Virus record (IMG/VR): IMGVR_UViG_3300035103_000041
Span: 1 to 34,598 of that record
Source: a virus
Lineage: Duplodnaviria; Caudoviricetes
Length of the DNA: 34,598 nt
Strand: one strand, 5' to 3'
The notes beneath the pieces are model-generated. The model was not told where the DNA came from. It was given only the letters and a program-made list of their open reading frames with translations, and ran no database searches. The position numbers and the translations under genes are program-made. Shown in pieces: positions 6,607 to 15,622 of this stretch (its first letter is position 1; each line of letters begins with the position of its first letter).

Positions 6607-7115
6607 TGAGCAAGACTAAAATCACAATCAAGCCGCGAAAGCTTAATATAAATACTTATTATAACCGTCTTGAAGCGGAGCTTGCAGATGTAGCAGTCGG
6701 CGCGCGGATAATGAAAATGCGCAGGGATGCAAAGAACGGGCTGCTTATTACTATAGAGCCTTATAAAAAAGAGACGGACAAGCAAATCCGGCGCATGTGG
6801 AAACTATGCGGTGAGATAGCAGAGCTTTTAAGTCCTGTCTCAAAGATGGATGCCCTGCTGGTATACCGCACGGCCATAGAAATTGTAGGCGTATCTCAGA
6901 CTTTAGATGTACCCAACAGCGAACTTAAGCAGCGCGCCCGGATGTGGTCGCAAGCGCATATAGGAAATTTTAGTGTGGATTTATATCCAAAGCCTGATGA
7001 GGGAAAAACGAGAGTGCGTCAGTATTTTGGAGCAAGTACTTATGATTCCAAGCAATTGCAAAGGGTAATTGATTTGCTTGAAGCGGATAAAAAGACCCTG
7101 CTCGAAGAGAAATAA
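6606..7115 (+). CDS. NinB/Orf-like recombination accessory protein
   Basis: 'TDKQIRRMWKLCGEIA' and 'GASTYDSKQLQRVID' resemble the two conserved blocks of NinB-like proteins. Confidence 0.5.
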   Translation: MSKTKITIKPRKLNINTYYNRLEAELADVAVGARIMKMRRDAKNGLLITIEPYKKETDKQIRRMWKLCGEIAELLSPVSKMDALLVYRTAIEIVGVSQTLDVPNSELKQRARMWSQAHIGNFSVDLYPKPDEGKTRVRQYFGASTYDSKQLQRVIDLLEADKKTLLEEK

Positions 7116-7233
7116 CCTAGCCGCGAGGATTGCGCGAGAGTAAACCCGGCTAATAAAGACAGACAAATACACCAAAACGCACGTTAAATAAATTCTGCGG
7201 CAACCGCAGGCGTGGTATGAAAGGATAAAAGTA

Positions 7234-7449
7234 ATGGATAAGGTTAAAAATAGCAAAAAGATGCATTTAACCGTCACTTTGGACGCCGAGGATGCGCTTA
7301 TATTCCGTGTAGTGATGGCTGCGCACCCGCACATCAAGCGAAACTCTGACGTGCTGCGCAAGGGCATATATACATTATATAAGCAGATGAAGATAGCAGA
7401 CCGTGAGGAGCTGGAAGCTCAGATAAGAGCCGATGACGTACTCAGCTAG
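7234..7449 (+). CDS. Small ribbon-helix-helix-like regulator
   Basis: Alternating strand HLTVTL followed by helices ending 'NSDVLRKGI'. Confidence 0.5.
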   Translation: MDKVKNSKKMHLTVTLDAEDALIFRVVMAAHPHIKRNSDVLRKGIYTLYKQMKIADREELEAQIRADDVLS

Positions 7450-7459
7450 GGAGGCACCG

Positions 7460-7606
7460 ATGGCTAATATCATCTTAGACGCAGCATATGAGCAGATACC
7501 GGACAGCTGGGGGCTTATAATCGGCGCTCTTATGGTGGTTGTGCTGGGCGGATGGCTGATAGTGGATTGGATAAGGAGGAATAAGAATGGAAAAGACAGC
7601 AAGTGA
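7460..7606 (+). CDS. 48-aa single-TM peptide
   Basis: Not in the ORF track; SD GGGAGG; MANIILDAAYEQIPDSWGLIIGALMVVVLGGWLIVDWIRRNKNGKDSK. Confidence 0.65.
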   Translation: MANIILDAAYEQIPDSWGLIIGALMVVVLGGWLIVDWIRRNKNGKDSK

Positions 7607-7943
7607 GATGTTTAAAGCGTTGGGATATACGCAGGTTAAAAGATTTTGTGGTGTGGAAGAACATCGCAATAATGGCGAGTTAGTCTATGAAAAAGAATGG
7701 AAACCGCTAGGCAAAGCTGTATCTAATATTTTGACTGTGCGCTTTGATTTAAAAAGAGAATCATATACATATACTGACCTGACAAGAAATGCTCTAATCA
7801 CAAATAAAGAAATGTTTCTTGCTATAAAAGCGCAGTTTATTGAACTCGGCTGGCTAGATGAACCTCAATGCGAACCCAGCACCATCGAATACGCTCCCGA
7901 GTTTGTCCGGGAGTGCGAGAAAAGGGGTGGGGATGTTGAGTAA
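7587..7943 (+). CDS. Phage hypothetical protein
   Basis: SD AAGGAGG; 118 aa. Confidence 0.7.
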   Translation: MEKTASEMFKALGYTQVKRFCGVEEHRNNGELVYEKEWKPLGKAVSNILTVRFDLKRESYTYTDLTRNALITNKEMFLAIKAQFIELGWLDEPQCEPSTIEYAPEFVRECEKRGGDVE

Positions 7944-8112
7944 GCTAAAGAGCGAGTATGAGGGGAAGAAAATATGGAGTTGGTATTGTACCGATTGCGG
8001 ACACCTTATGTATCACGATGAATATGTTAAGAATGAAGGTAGATGCATTTGTTGTGGTGATACGAGCAAGATGAAACCATTCGAATATTGGAACGAGGAG
8101 GAACAGCCATGA
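7933..8112 (+). CDS. Small zinc-ribbon protein
   Basis: CTDC...CICC; G-rich SD before ATG 7933. Confidence 0.6.
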   Translation: MLSKLKSEYEGKKIWSWYCTDCGHLMYHDEYVKNEGRCICCGDTSKMKPFEYWNEEEQP

Positions 8113-8510
8113 AAATGACTAATGCGGAAGCGGTGAAAACGTTCAGGCAAATGCTGTCTACCGACTGCGAGATAAGACTAGAAACTATGGATATAACATT
8201 TACTAAGCGAATGGAAAGAGCATGCAAGAAAGCCATAGCCGCACTATCTCCCGAGCCGTTGAAGTTTCCGAGCTTTGAAGAGTTCCAAAAAGATCCTTTT
8301 GTCCAATTGGAAAGAGGGGACTATGAATTTAGGATATATGACGATCATTCAGGGAAAAAGCTTGTAGTTGAATTTTTCCAATACGGAAGATTTAACCATA
8401 TGAAAAAAACTAAATTACCATGCACCGAAGCCGGCTACAACGCCGCTATAGCACAGCTCAATGCGTGGCTGGTGGAGCTGATTAATGAATTGATGGGGGT
8501 GGCGGAATGA
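8109..8510 (+). CDS. Phage hypothetical protein
   Basis: SD GAGGAGG; ATGA overlap. Confidence 0.65.
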   Translation: MKMTNAEAVKTFRQMLSTDCEIRLETMDITFTKRMERACKKAIAALSPEPLKFPSFEEFQKDPFVQLERGDYEFRIYDDHSGKKLVVEFFQYGRFNHMKKTKLPCTEAGYNAAIAQLNAWLVELINELMGVAE

Positions 8511-8620
8511 AAAAACTCAAATACTATTGGAACATTGTTAAATGGATGTGGCATCACCGATTAGAGCATAACTGCCGCCAGAAGTGGCGCAGAATGTTGC
8601 GTGAGCTAGGCGATTTATAA
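8507..8620 (+). CDS. 37-aa basic Trp-rich peptide
   Basis: ATGA-coupled upstream and TAATG-coupled downstream; MKKLKYYWNIVKWMWHHRLEHNCRQKWRRMLRELGDL. Confidence 0.5.
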   Translation: MKKLKYYWNIVKWMWHHRLEHNCRQKWRRMLRELGDL

Positions 8621-8757
8621 TGGCAGTCACCATATGCCCGCACTGTAAGAAGCACAACGTATCAAGGCATGATTACTTGGCCAGAGAGTATCTGCGCTGT
8701 ACGGACGTTAAATGCTTCAGACGATACAAGAATCCGAACTATAGGGGGAGAAGATGA
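8620..8757 (+). CDS. 45-aa zinc-ribbon peptide
   Basis: CPHC...CTDVKC; translationally coupled on both sides. Confidence 0.5.
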   Translation: MAVTICPHCKKHNVSRHDYLAREYLRCTDVKCFRRYKNPNYRGRR

Positions 8758-9461
8758 AACCAATATATGAACCAAAAGGTAAAGCCAAAGAATACGGCGA
8801 CTACGCTTTAAACATCTATACAGGCTGTCCACATCGCTGCTATTACTGTTTTGCATCCGGAGTACTAAGGCAAGACAAAGAGCAGTTCCATAATAATGTC
8901 CGCGTCCGTGATGGCTTGATACCTGCGCTCGAAAAGCAATTGCGGTCTGGGGCATATGAAGGAAAGCTTATACATCTATGCTTCACCTGTGACCCGTTTC
9001 CAATGGGTGTTGAAACATCACCAACAACAGATGTTATACGGCTTATCAAACAATACGGCGGTCACATTCAGATATTAACCAAAGGGATTATTAATCAAGA
9101 ATCTTTTTATATGTTGGATAATAATGACTGGTTCGGAATAACGTTAACAGGAGCACAAGGATTACAAGAGCGATGCGCAACGCCATCATGTAATAGGGTA
9201 GGCCAGTTAATGGCTTTAAGTGAACGTGGAGTTAAAACATGGATTTCATTTGAGCCTGTTTTAAGGGATGAATATGTTATTTTCAATCTTAACAACGATA
9301 AACTGATGCGGCATACAGACAAAGTGAAAATCGGCAAGCTCAACTATCATCCGTCTGATATCAACTGGAAAGAGTTTGGTAAAAAGTGCGAGGCTATCTG
9401 CATTGAAAATGGCATTGACTACATGATAAAAGACGGGCTTAGAAGGGAAATGGAAAGATGA
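8754..9461 (+). CDS. Radical SAM protein (spore photoproduct lyase-like subgroup)
   Basis: CxxxCxxC in 'LNIYTGCPHRCYYCFA', plus 'TCDPF', 'ILTKG' and 'TWISFEP'. Confidence 0.85.
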   Translation: MKPIYEPKGKAKEYGDYALNIYTGCPHRCYYCFASGVLRQDKEQFHNNVRVRDGLIPALEKQLRSGAYEGKLIHLCFTCDPFPMGVETSPTTDVIRLIKQYGGHIQILTKGIINQESFYMLDNNDWFGITLTGAQGLQERCATPSCNRVGQLMALSERGVKTWISFEPVLRDEYVIFNLNNDKLMRHTDKVKIGKLNYHPSDINWKEFGKKCEAICIENGIDYMIKDGLRREMER

Positions 9462-9820
9462 GCCGAGAAAACATTGAATTTTTTGACGTAGGAAAACAAG
9501 CAATATACGGCGCAAACAGTATGGGCACATATGTAAGGATGCGTAAAGACGGCAGTTATTTATCACTCAGCAAAGAGCTGTGGAATAAGATGGGTCGACC
9601 TGAAGTTGTTGGAATAGGTATAGAGAAAAAGGCTAATATGAAAATCCTTTGCATTGACTTAAAGCCTGAAAGTATAAATAAAATCAAGGTAAGTTCTACA
9701 AACGGTGTCCATATCGGTGGCAGGGGGATATGCCGTTGGCTTGAAGAGAGTGGATATAAGCCCGGGGTAAAGATGAAGTTTATGGAATACAAGGACGGGC
9801 TTTGGTGTGAAGAAAAATAG
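9458..9820 (+). CDS. Phage hypothetical protein
   Basis: 120 aa; ATGA overlap. Confidence 0.6.
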   Translation: MSRENIEFFDVGKQAIYGANSMGTYVRMRKDGSYLSLSKELWNKMGRPEVVGIGIEKKANMKILCIDLKPESINKIKVSSTNGVHIGGRGICRWLEESGYKPGVKMKFMEYKDGLWCEEK

Positions 9821-9831
9821 ACAAGAGCGCA

Positions 9832-10572
9832 GTGAGGAGAGTAATGGAGACCGGATATATAAAACTAAGCCGCAAGCTTACCAATAACTTTCTGTGGCTG
9901 TCAGAGCCTTTCACAAAGGCACAGGCGTGGGTTGATATATTGATGCATGCAAAGTACCGTGACCTGTCCATAGAGCTTGACCGCGGCGAGGTCGTGCATC
10001 TGAACAGAGGGCAGTTTTTCGCCCCTGACGCTTATTGGGAAGAGCGGTGGCAATGGAGCAGAAACAAGGTCAGATCTTATTTTAAGATGCTGGAACAGGA
10101 GCATATGATAACCCGTGAACATAATAAAACTAACCGCCGCCGTATTATCGTGACCGTGCTCAACTATGACAAATATCAAGGCGAAGGTATAACAGAAGGT
10201 ACATCAGAAAGTACATCAGAAGGTATAACAGAAGGTACATCAGAAAGTACATCAGAAAGTACATCAGAAGGTACACAAAAGAAGAAAGATAAGAAAGAAA
10301 AGAACAGTAAAGAAGGAGAAGAAAAAGAAGCAATCAGTACTGATAATCAGCCTCTTACACGCGCGAGCATACCGCAGGATGAGCTTGACCGCTTGAGTAG
10401 AACCTTTGACACGGTGGACAAATACACACAATCTGTGTATTCGGAGCTGAGGGACCAGTACAGTCAAATGGATTTAATTGATGCGCTGATGAGTACACGT
10501 CTAAAAGGCGGCATGACTATAGATTACACGAGAACAATTTTGGATGAGGAATATACGAGGTTGGAAGGATGA
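9832..10572 (+). CDS. Phage replication initiator (start may be ATG 9844)
   Basis: N-terminal 'GYIKLSRKL...AWVDILMHA...LNRGQF...LEQEHMI...IVTVLNYDKYQ' wHTH typical of phage initiators; internal iterons. Confidence 0.8.
   Translation: MRRVMETGYIKLSRKLTNNFLWLSEPFTKAQAWVDILMHAKYRDLSIELDRGEVVHLNRGQFFAPDAYWEERWQWSRNKVRSYFKMLEQEHMITREHNKTNRRRIIVTVLNYDKYQGEGITEGTSESTSEGITEGTSESTSESTSEGTQKKKDKKEKNSKEGEEKEAISTDNQPLTRASIPQDELDRLSRTFDTVDKYTQSVYSELRDQYSQMDLIDALMSTRLKGGMTIDYTRTILDEEYTRLEG
10183..10278 (+). repeat. Eight tandem 12-bp repeats (GAARGTAYAWCA-like), putative origin iterons
   Basis: GAAGGTATAACA, GAAGGTACATCA and GAAAGTACATCA units inside the initiator, followed by an A/G-rich tract. Confidence 0.85.
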
Positions 10573-10898
10573 AAGGAGCACACAAAATGGATGAGCTTAT
10601 AAAAAAAATCAACGACGAGATACAGCAGAACGAGAAAGATGTAAACATCAAAAGGATAGGCGAATACATACTTTCGCTTGTACCAAAGCTCGACGACAAG
10701 ACCATAGCGGAGATGATGGCAGAGGATAAAACCATCAAAGGCAGTATCAAAAAGATGCAGCAGGAAGCGCGCAAAGTGGCTGTTAACGGCTGCGGGATCC
10801 TCACCGATGAGGAAGGATACAAGATTGTAAGAGAATATTTCAGTATAACAGACAAAGCGGCATCTGTGAAGATTATCGACTTGAACGAATATTTGTGA
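10569..10898 (+). CDS. PcfK-like protein (family that includes AcrIIA9-like proteins)
   Basis: 'DKTIKGSIKKMQQEARK....GCGILTDEEGYKIVREYF'; directly upstream of a PcfJ-like gene. Confidence 0.6.
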   Translation: MKGAHKMDELIKKINDEIQQNEKDVNIKRIGEYILSLVPKLDDKTIAEMMAEDKTIKGSIKKMQQEARKVAVNGCGILTDEEGYKIVREYFSITDKAASVKIIDLNEYL

Positions 10899-10905
10899 GG
10901 CACAC

Positions 10906-12447
10906 ATGGATAGAAGTGATGCAAAAATATTACAACATTTTGAAGGTATCATCACCGATAAAGTAGTCCGATACGCAACGGATGTGGTCCTTGAAGAAAG
11001 CAAATATATTTTTATAACCGGCAAGGGCAAATCACGCCGCGGGTACTGCACGCATTGCCGCGAGGAGTACTTTGTGATAGGCGGCAGACATAACGAATAT
11101 ATGTACTGCCCTAAATGCAAAAGCAAGTGTACGGTAAAGCTCGCCGGCTATAGCAGACAATATATGTACGATTACGGAACCATGCTGACATATAAGAAGC
11201 TCAATAAAAATGCAATGCTCGCCGTTTACTGCTATGTCGAGCGCAGCTATAAGCAGAGCTATAAAGATGTGGAGACCAAAGTTAAGGTTCAAGCAAAGTA
11301 TTATTTCGAGATAGACAATGCGGAAATGTATGAGCAGGACTATTGGTCAAAAGAATGGAAGCCGCAGCGAGGGATATACAACTTTTATCACAAAAAGCAG
11401 CATTACGGCGCCTATAGTGAAGATTTGCAAAGCTTGGAAAAGGCATGCAAAAACACAGCTTTCCGGCATATTTATAAATGCTTTATTAATGCAAACGATG
11501 AATCGCACAGTATAGAAAAACTCGCTTTGTACTGCAAATATCCAAAAATCGAATATGTCATAAAGGCCGGATACTATGAGCTGATGGATAAGTATATCAA
11601 AGGCTACAGCACGGGCGGCACTATCAGCTGGAGAAGCAAAACACTGCCTAAGTTTTTAAGGCTGTCACAATCGTCATATAACAAAATCAAAGGCATGAGC
11701 ATCACAGACTTTAAAGAGTTGTTTTATATACAACAGGTTGAAAAATCAGGGCATCCCTGGGATGGCGAGCAGCTCACTGTATTGAAGAACGCATGCCAAA
11801 CATACCAGATGGAAGAACTGAACGAGATAATGGGATATCTGACTATTGAAAAAATCGTGAACTATATAGAAAAGCAGATGCAGAAAAAAGACTGGTGCCA
11901 CAACGGTATGGGTATGGCCGAAAGATATTATTCGAGACATGTGATGTTCAGAGACTGGGTAGACTATCTCGATCAGTGTAAGAGTCTTAAATATGATTTG
12001 CACGATGATGCGATTATGAGGCCGAAGGATTTACAGCTTGCACACACGAAAACTTCAGAGCTTATAGCCTATCAGAAAAACAAGGCTTTAGACGAAAAGA
12101 TTGCCGCGAGGCTCAAGGAGCTAAATGAACAGTACGGCTTCAAATTTGGCAATTTGATAATACGGCCTGCAGCTTCGTCAGGCGAGCTTATAAAAGAAGG
12201 AAGCAAGCTCGGGCATTGTGTGGGCGGGTACGCAAAACGGCACGCGTCAGGAGAAACAACTATCCTTCTTATAAGAAAAATCGATAATCCGGACACACCA
12301 TTTTTTACAGTGGAGGTCCGCGAAAATACATTGATACAGGCAAGGGGATATAAGCAAATAAGCTATGAGAAAGTACCGGCAGTACACGAGTTTATAAAAC
12401 AGTTCAAACAACAAAAGTTGAATGAAAGGATACAAAAAGCATCATGA
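10906..12447 (+). CDS. PcfJ-like domain protein
   Basis: N-terminal CTHC/CPKC zinc finger; C-terminal 'DYLDQC..L..D.....RPKDL..AH...EGSKLGHCVGGY...ILLIRK...PDTPFFTVEV'. Confidence 0.8.
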   Translation: MDRSDAKILQHFEGIITDKVVRYATDVVLEESKYIFITGKGKSRRGYCTHCREEYFVIGGRHNEYMYCPKCKSKCTVKLAGYSRQYMYDYGTMLTYKKLNKNAMLAVYCYVERSYKQSYKDVETKVKVQAKYYFEIDNAEMYEQDYWSKEWKPQRGIYNFYHKKQHYGAYSEDLQSLEKACKNTAFRHIYKCFINANDESHSIEKLALYCKYPKIEYVIKAGYYELMDKYIKGYSTGGTISWRSKTLPKFLRLSQSSYNKIKGMSITDFKELFYIQQVEKSGHPWDGEQLTVLKNACQTYQMEELNEIMGYLTIEKIVNYIEKQMQKKDWCHNGMGMAERYYSRHVMFRDWVDYLDQCKSLKYDLHDDAIMRPKDLQLAHTKTSELIAYQKNKALDEKIAARLKELNEQYGFKFGNLIIRPAASSGELIKEGSKLGHCVGGYAKRHASGETTILLIRKIDNPDTPFFTVEVRENTLIQARGYKQISYEKVPAVHEFIKQFKQQKLNERIQKAS

Positions 12448-13430
12448 ATGAAATGGCAAAACATCTAAACAGCCTCGATACATTGGCGGGCGAGATAAAC
12501 AGCATAAAAAGCCAGACCCGGCAGATGATAATGAGCGCAAGCATAGAGATCGGCCGACGGCTCGTGGACGCAAAGGAGCTGTGCGAGCACGGACAGTGGG
12601 GAAACTGGCTTAAAAACAAAGTCGACTATTCGCAGAGGACGGCTGAAAACCTCATGAAGATATTTGAGGAGTACGGAAACGGTCAGATAAGCCTTTTCGG
12701 CAAAGCAAAATCGCAAGCGCTTGCGGATTTAGGATATACACAGGCAGTGGCGCTGCTCAGTCTCCCGGCAGAGCAAAGAGAAGAGTTTGTCGAGCAGAAT
12801 GATATGGACGCCATGACCACCCGGGAGCTTCAGGAAGCTATAAAGGCAAAGAACGAAGCGGAAAAGGCATTGCAGGAGAAATCCGTGGAACTTGATGAAA
12901 TGCAGTTTGAGATTGACCGCCAAAATGCAATGATAAGTCAGCTGCAGGAGACATCGGAAAACACTGAGCTGGTCGAAGAAAACCAAAGGCTATTAGCCCA
13001 GCTGGAGGAAAAGAAAAAAGACTACGAAGATAGTCAGGAAGAGATAGACCGTCTACTGGATGAAATAAACGAAGCACAGGAAAACGAAATAAGCAGCGAG
13101 GAACTGGAAAAGCTAAAGGCCCAGCTGGCAAAAGAAAAAGAAAATAATAAAAAGCTTGCCGCTGAGCTTAAAAAGCCGAAAGAAAAGGAAATAGTGGAAG
13201 TAGTGCCTGAGGCTATAACAAAGGAGTTGGAACAGCTCAGACAGAAACTGGCTAATGAGGACAGTCCTATAATTGCAAAGTTCAGGCTCCAATTTGAAGG
13301 GATACAGAACGAGTTTACAAGGCTCATGCAAACGACAGATGAGGTCAGCAGCGCGGATGAGGCAACAGGCGCGAAGCTAAGAAGCGCTATAAAGGCTATG
13401 CTCAACAAGATGATAGACGGTATGGAGTAG
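12444..13430 (+). CDS. DUF3102-domain coiled-coil protein
   Basis: 'IEIGRRLVDAKELCEHGQWGNWLKNKVDYSQRTAENLMKIFEEYG' followed by a long acidic coiled coil. Confidence 0.8.
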   Translation: MNEMAKHLNSLDTLAGEINSIKSQTRQMIMSASIEIGRRLVDAKELCEHGQWGNWLKNKVDYSQRTAENLMKIFEEYGNGQISLFGKAKSQALADLGYTQAVALLSLPAEQREEFVEQNDMDAMTTRELQEAIKAKNEAEKALQEKSVELDEMQFEIDRQNAMISQLQETSENTELVEENQRLLAQLEEKKKDYEDSQEEIDRLLDEINEAQENEISSEELEKLKAQLAKEKENNKKLAAELKKPKEKEIVEVVPEAITKELEQLRQKLANEDSPIIAKFRLQFEGIQNEFTRLMQTTDEVSSADEATGAKLRSAIKAMLNKMIDGME

Positions 13431-13435
13431 GGAGT

Positions 13436-13861
13436 ATGGGAGTAACAATATCATCAAGCAAAAGATCATTAGACATGGGATATCACGGCTTTAATCGATT
13501 TAGGGCAAAGGTGGCGGAGCAGTACAGTAATGAGTTTGGAGAGCACTATCATGATTTGGATAAAGGCACATGGCTCTACGGAACTGCACGTGATGAATTT
13601 TTCAAGGCATATGACGAAAAGACGCTAAAACTTTTAAACGAAAACAAAGTACCTATGGAGATAGTTGATTTCTGCTATCAAACAGATTGTGAAGGCAAAA
13701 TTAACAAGAGCCAAGCAAAAATGATTTATGAATTAATCAAAGATTGTGACGATGAAATCATTTATGGTTACTGGGGAAGTGAAGACTGCACGAAAATGAA
13801 GCATATGAAACAACTGTTTAAGGACTGCTATAGCCATAGTAAGCAAATTGTATGGGGATGA
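13436..13861 (+). CDS. Phage hypothetical protein
   Basis: 141 aa, SD GGAG. Confidence 0.7.
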   Translation: MGVTISSSKRSLDMGYHGFNRFRAKVAEQYSNEFGEHYHDLDKGTWLYGTARDEFFKAYDEKTLKLLNENKVPMEIVDFCYQTDCEGKINKSQAKMIYELIKDCDDEIIYGYWGSEDCTKMKHMKQLFKDCYSHSKQIVWG

Positions 13862-13874
13862 AAGGAGCTCGAAC

Positions 13875-14222
13875 ATGAAAAAAGGAACTAAAGTAAAAAT
13901 AGTTAACTGCCTTGAAGCGACACAGCATCCCGCGACAATATGGACTACTACATCAGATTCGTGGAAACTTGGCAGCGGCGAGGAAGTTATAAGGCTTGCA
14001 GGATATCGAGGAGGATTTGATGTCCGCTGTTTACAGGAGGTTGAAGAGCCTCATATCCCGGAAGACGCTATATATTTCGCAGATGGCGAGTGTCCCGTGT
14101 GCGGCTCGTTCTGTGGCAATGGAGGGCATGGCGGATTGAAATGCGAGTGCGGCTGGAAACAGGATGAGAAAGAAGCTGAAAAGAATATGAAGATAGCAAA
14201 AGAGATATTTGATTCACTGTAG
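13875..14222 (+). CDS. Hypothetical protein with a C-terminal zinc ribbon
   Basis: SD AAAGGAG before ATG 13875; CPVC...CECG. Confidence 0.65.
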   Translation: MKKGTKVKIVNCLEATQHPATIWTTTSDSWKLGSGEEVIRLAGYRGGFDVRCLQEVEEPHIPEDAIYFADGECPVCGSFCGNGGHGGLKCECGWKQDEKEAEKNMKIAKEIFDSL

Positions 14223-14239
14223 GAAGGAGAGATTGAAAA

Positions 14240-14554
14240 ATGCCAAAATACATTCATGAAAATAAAATATATGATACCGATACCGCAAAACAGATATTGC
14301 AATATGGCACGCGAAGAAAAGAAACCTTCAAAACAGTCTTTGGTGGCACGTACGAAACTTCATATTTGTATCCAACGCGTCTTTATAAGACAAAAAGCGG
14401 AGCGTGGTTTACTATAGAGTCAAAAAGAATATCGGATGATTGGACTTCGGCAAAGTTCACGCTTATAACAGAAGAGGACGCCAAAAAAATAGTGGAAGAG
14501 TTAAACGACACAGAAGTATATGCAGAACATTTTGGCAAACTTGAGGAAGGCTAA
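14240..14554 (+). CDS. Phage hypothetical protein
   Basis: SD AAGGAG; 'KIYDTDTA...RLYKTKSGAWF' motif common in phage early proteins. Confidence 0.7.
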   Translation: MPKYIHENKIYDTDTAKQILQYGTRRKETFKTVFGGTYETSYLYPTRLYKTKSGAWFTIESKRISDDWTSAKFTLITEEDAKKIVEELNDTEVYAEHFGKLEEG

Positions 14555-14557
14555 CCC

Positions 14558-14935
14558 ATGACACGTTTTTCCACCCTTATCCCGTCAGAGCATGACGAGC
14601 AGGTAGTATTCATGCGGCACATATTTTATACCATGCCGCAGATAGAGCCTTTTCTCTTTGCAATACCAAATGGCGGACTAAGAAATAAAACGATAGCAGG
14701 GCAGCTCAAAGCAGAGGGAGTAAAAGCGGGAGTGCCAGATCTCTTTCTGTCACTGCCCAGCGGTAAATACCACGGACTATATATAGAGATGAAACGCCGC
14801 GAGGGCGGCACAGTGAGCCGTGAACAAAAGAAAATGCTGGAGCGGTTAAGCAGTGCAGGATATATGACGGTAGTAGCAAAGGGCGCTGATGAGGCACTGA
14901 GCGCGGTAAAGGAGTACTTGGAGGTAAGGAAATGA
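14558..14935 (+). CDS. VRR-NUC domain nuclease (Holliday junction resolvase-like)
   Basis: 'SEHDEQ...FAIPNGG.R....LKAEGVKAGVPDL...GLYIEMK...EQK'. Confidence 0.9.
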   Translation: MTRFSTLIPSEHDEQVVFMRHIFYTMPQIEPFLFAIPNGGLRNKTIAGQLKAEGVKAGVPDLFLSLPSGKYHGLYIEMKRREGGTVSREQKKMLERLSSAGYMTVVAKGADEALSAVKEYLEVRK

Positions 14936-15177
14936 ACAAAGAACTCATATTCAACGGTGGTGATGTCTCAATAGGCGGCGGAATAATTACCTTTGAAGGA
15001 GAAAGCCAGAGCCTGCCATATATCGACTTTAAGCGGCTGGATACCAAACACCCAATAGGCGAGGATATCGACTGCTGCGAGGATGCGGATGTGACATTTA
15101 TTTTCCGGAAGAGTGAGAGCATAGATGTGCTGATACGGAGGCTTAACGAGGTTAAGGGGCTGTTTGATGATGGATGA
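14932..15177 (+). CDS. Phage hypothetical protein
   Basis: SD GGAGGT; ATGA overlap. Confidence 0.6.
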   Translation: MNKELIFNGGDVSIGGGIITFEGESQSLPYIDFKRLDTKHPIGEDIDCCEDADVTFIFRKSESIDVLIRRLNEVKGLFDDG

Positions 15178-15436
15178 TTTCAAGATAACAATTAATATGG
15201 ACGGCGATAGGATATATACAGCTAATGTACCTCTTCCGGAAACACTAAAAAAAGCTTTAGAAGAGGGAAAGATAACTGAAGCTCAGGTAATCGAATACTG
15301 CGAGTATATAACCGGTAAGGTTTTTCAAGATACGTATTTTGAGTTTTTGGATGCGTGGATAGAAGAAAGAATGAAAGGTACTGCGACTAAAAAACCAAAG
15401 GGGTTGTGGAGCTCAGCAAAAAATAAGAAAGGATAA
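15164..15436 (+). CDS. Phage hypothetical protein
   Basis: ~90 aa, overlapping the upstream stop. Confidence 0.55.
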   Translation: MMMDDFKITINMDGDRIYTANVPLPETLKKALEEGKITEAQVIEYCEYITGKVFQDTYFEFLDAWIEERMKGTATKKPKGLWSSAKNKKG

Positions 15437-15449
15437 AAAAGGAGTAACA

Positions 15450-15602
15450 ATGAACGCACTGCATTTGATATGGATAATACCTTTAGTATTCGCGGCAGGT
15501 TTTATTTGTTCGAGCATATTAGGGGTCAGCAGAATAAATGATTTATATGATGAAATAACAAGGCTAAAGGGAAAAAAGAGCGATAGCGGCGAGGAACAAT
15601 AA
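15450..15602 (+). CDS. 50-aa single-TM peptide
   Basis: Not in the ORF track; SD AAGGAG; MNALHLIWIIPLVFAAGFICSSILGVSRINDLYDEITRLKGKKSDSGEEQ. Confidence 0.6.
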   Translation: MNALHLIWIIPLVFAAGFICSSILGVSRINDLYDEITRLKGKKSDSGEEQ

Positions 15603-15622
15603 CAAATAATAGGGGGGCAGCG

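Noticed and set aside
10183-10278. Repeat array as a CRISPR
   Set aside because: Contiguous 12-bp units with no spacers, in frame within a gene, and no cas genes
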